Source: Macrostomum lignano
Taxonomy: Eukaryota
NCBI GenBank assembly: GCA_002269645.1
Contig: NIVC01002393.1
Span: 114,606-178,605 of the forward strand
Length of the DNA: 64,000 nucleotides
Direction: 5' to 3'
Position numbers and translations under genes: made by a program. The notes beneath the pieces were generated by a model that saw only the letters and a list, made by a program, of their open reading frames with translations, was not told the origin of the DNA and did no database searches. Below, piece after piece: positions 63,848 through 64,000 of this stretch; within the stretch, counting starts at the first letter, position 1; every line of letters starts with the position of its first letter.

Positions 63848-64000
63848 AGCTAAACCAACTTATACTGTTATAAAGTCATGCCATTGCACCCAGCCGCACC
63901 TGCCCAGCTACCTGTCTAGTGTAGCTCTCCACCATTGTCATAGTCATCAACCCAGTCAGTCCGGTTTACTAACCCCCTATTGTTGGGGGCCCTGCATTTT

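Overview
Eukaryotic (animal) genomic DNA with spliceosomal GT-AG introns. GC-rich poly-Ala/Gln exons and minisatellite-filled introns suggest a free-living flatworm such as Macrostomum; that assignment is inference only. From left to right: the last three exons of beta-ureidopropionase (UPB1, +); two paralogous BMT5/DUF2431-like SAM-dependent methyltransferase genes (one frameshifted, one intact), plus a third solo copy of their upstream module; a possible decayed LRR gene with a 136-bp-arm inverted duplication; then three co-oriented minus-strand genes, HECTD1 (8 exons, 2676 aa), TRMT10B-like (2 exons) and ZMYND10 (2 exons). HECTD1 intron 3 holds an apparently intact 7.08-kb EnSpm/CMC DNA transposon (11-bp TIRs, 2-bp TSD, DDE transposase, DUF4806-type second gene). 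About 51-61 kb is an island of DNA-transposon fossils (mariner, hAT, hAT MITE) whose ends and TSDs are still locatable but whose sequence is dominated by C>T/G>A changes at CpG and non-CpG sites, resembling fungal RIP. Roughly a quarter of the window (hand estimate) is tandem repeat, with a different unit in almost every intron and spacer. There is no CRISPR array and I recognised no rRNA or tRNA gene.
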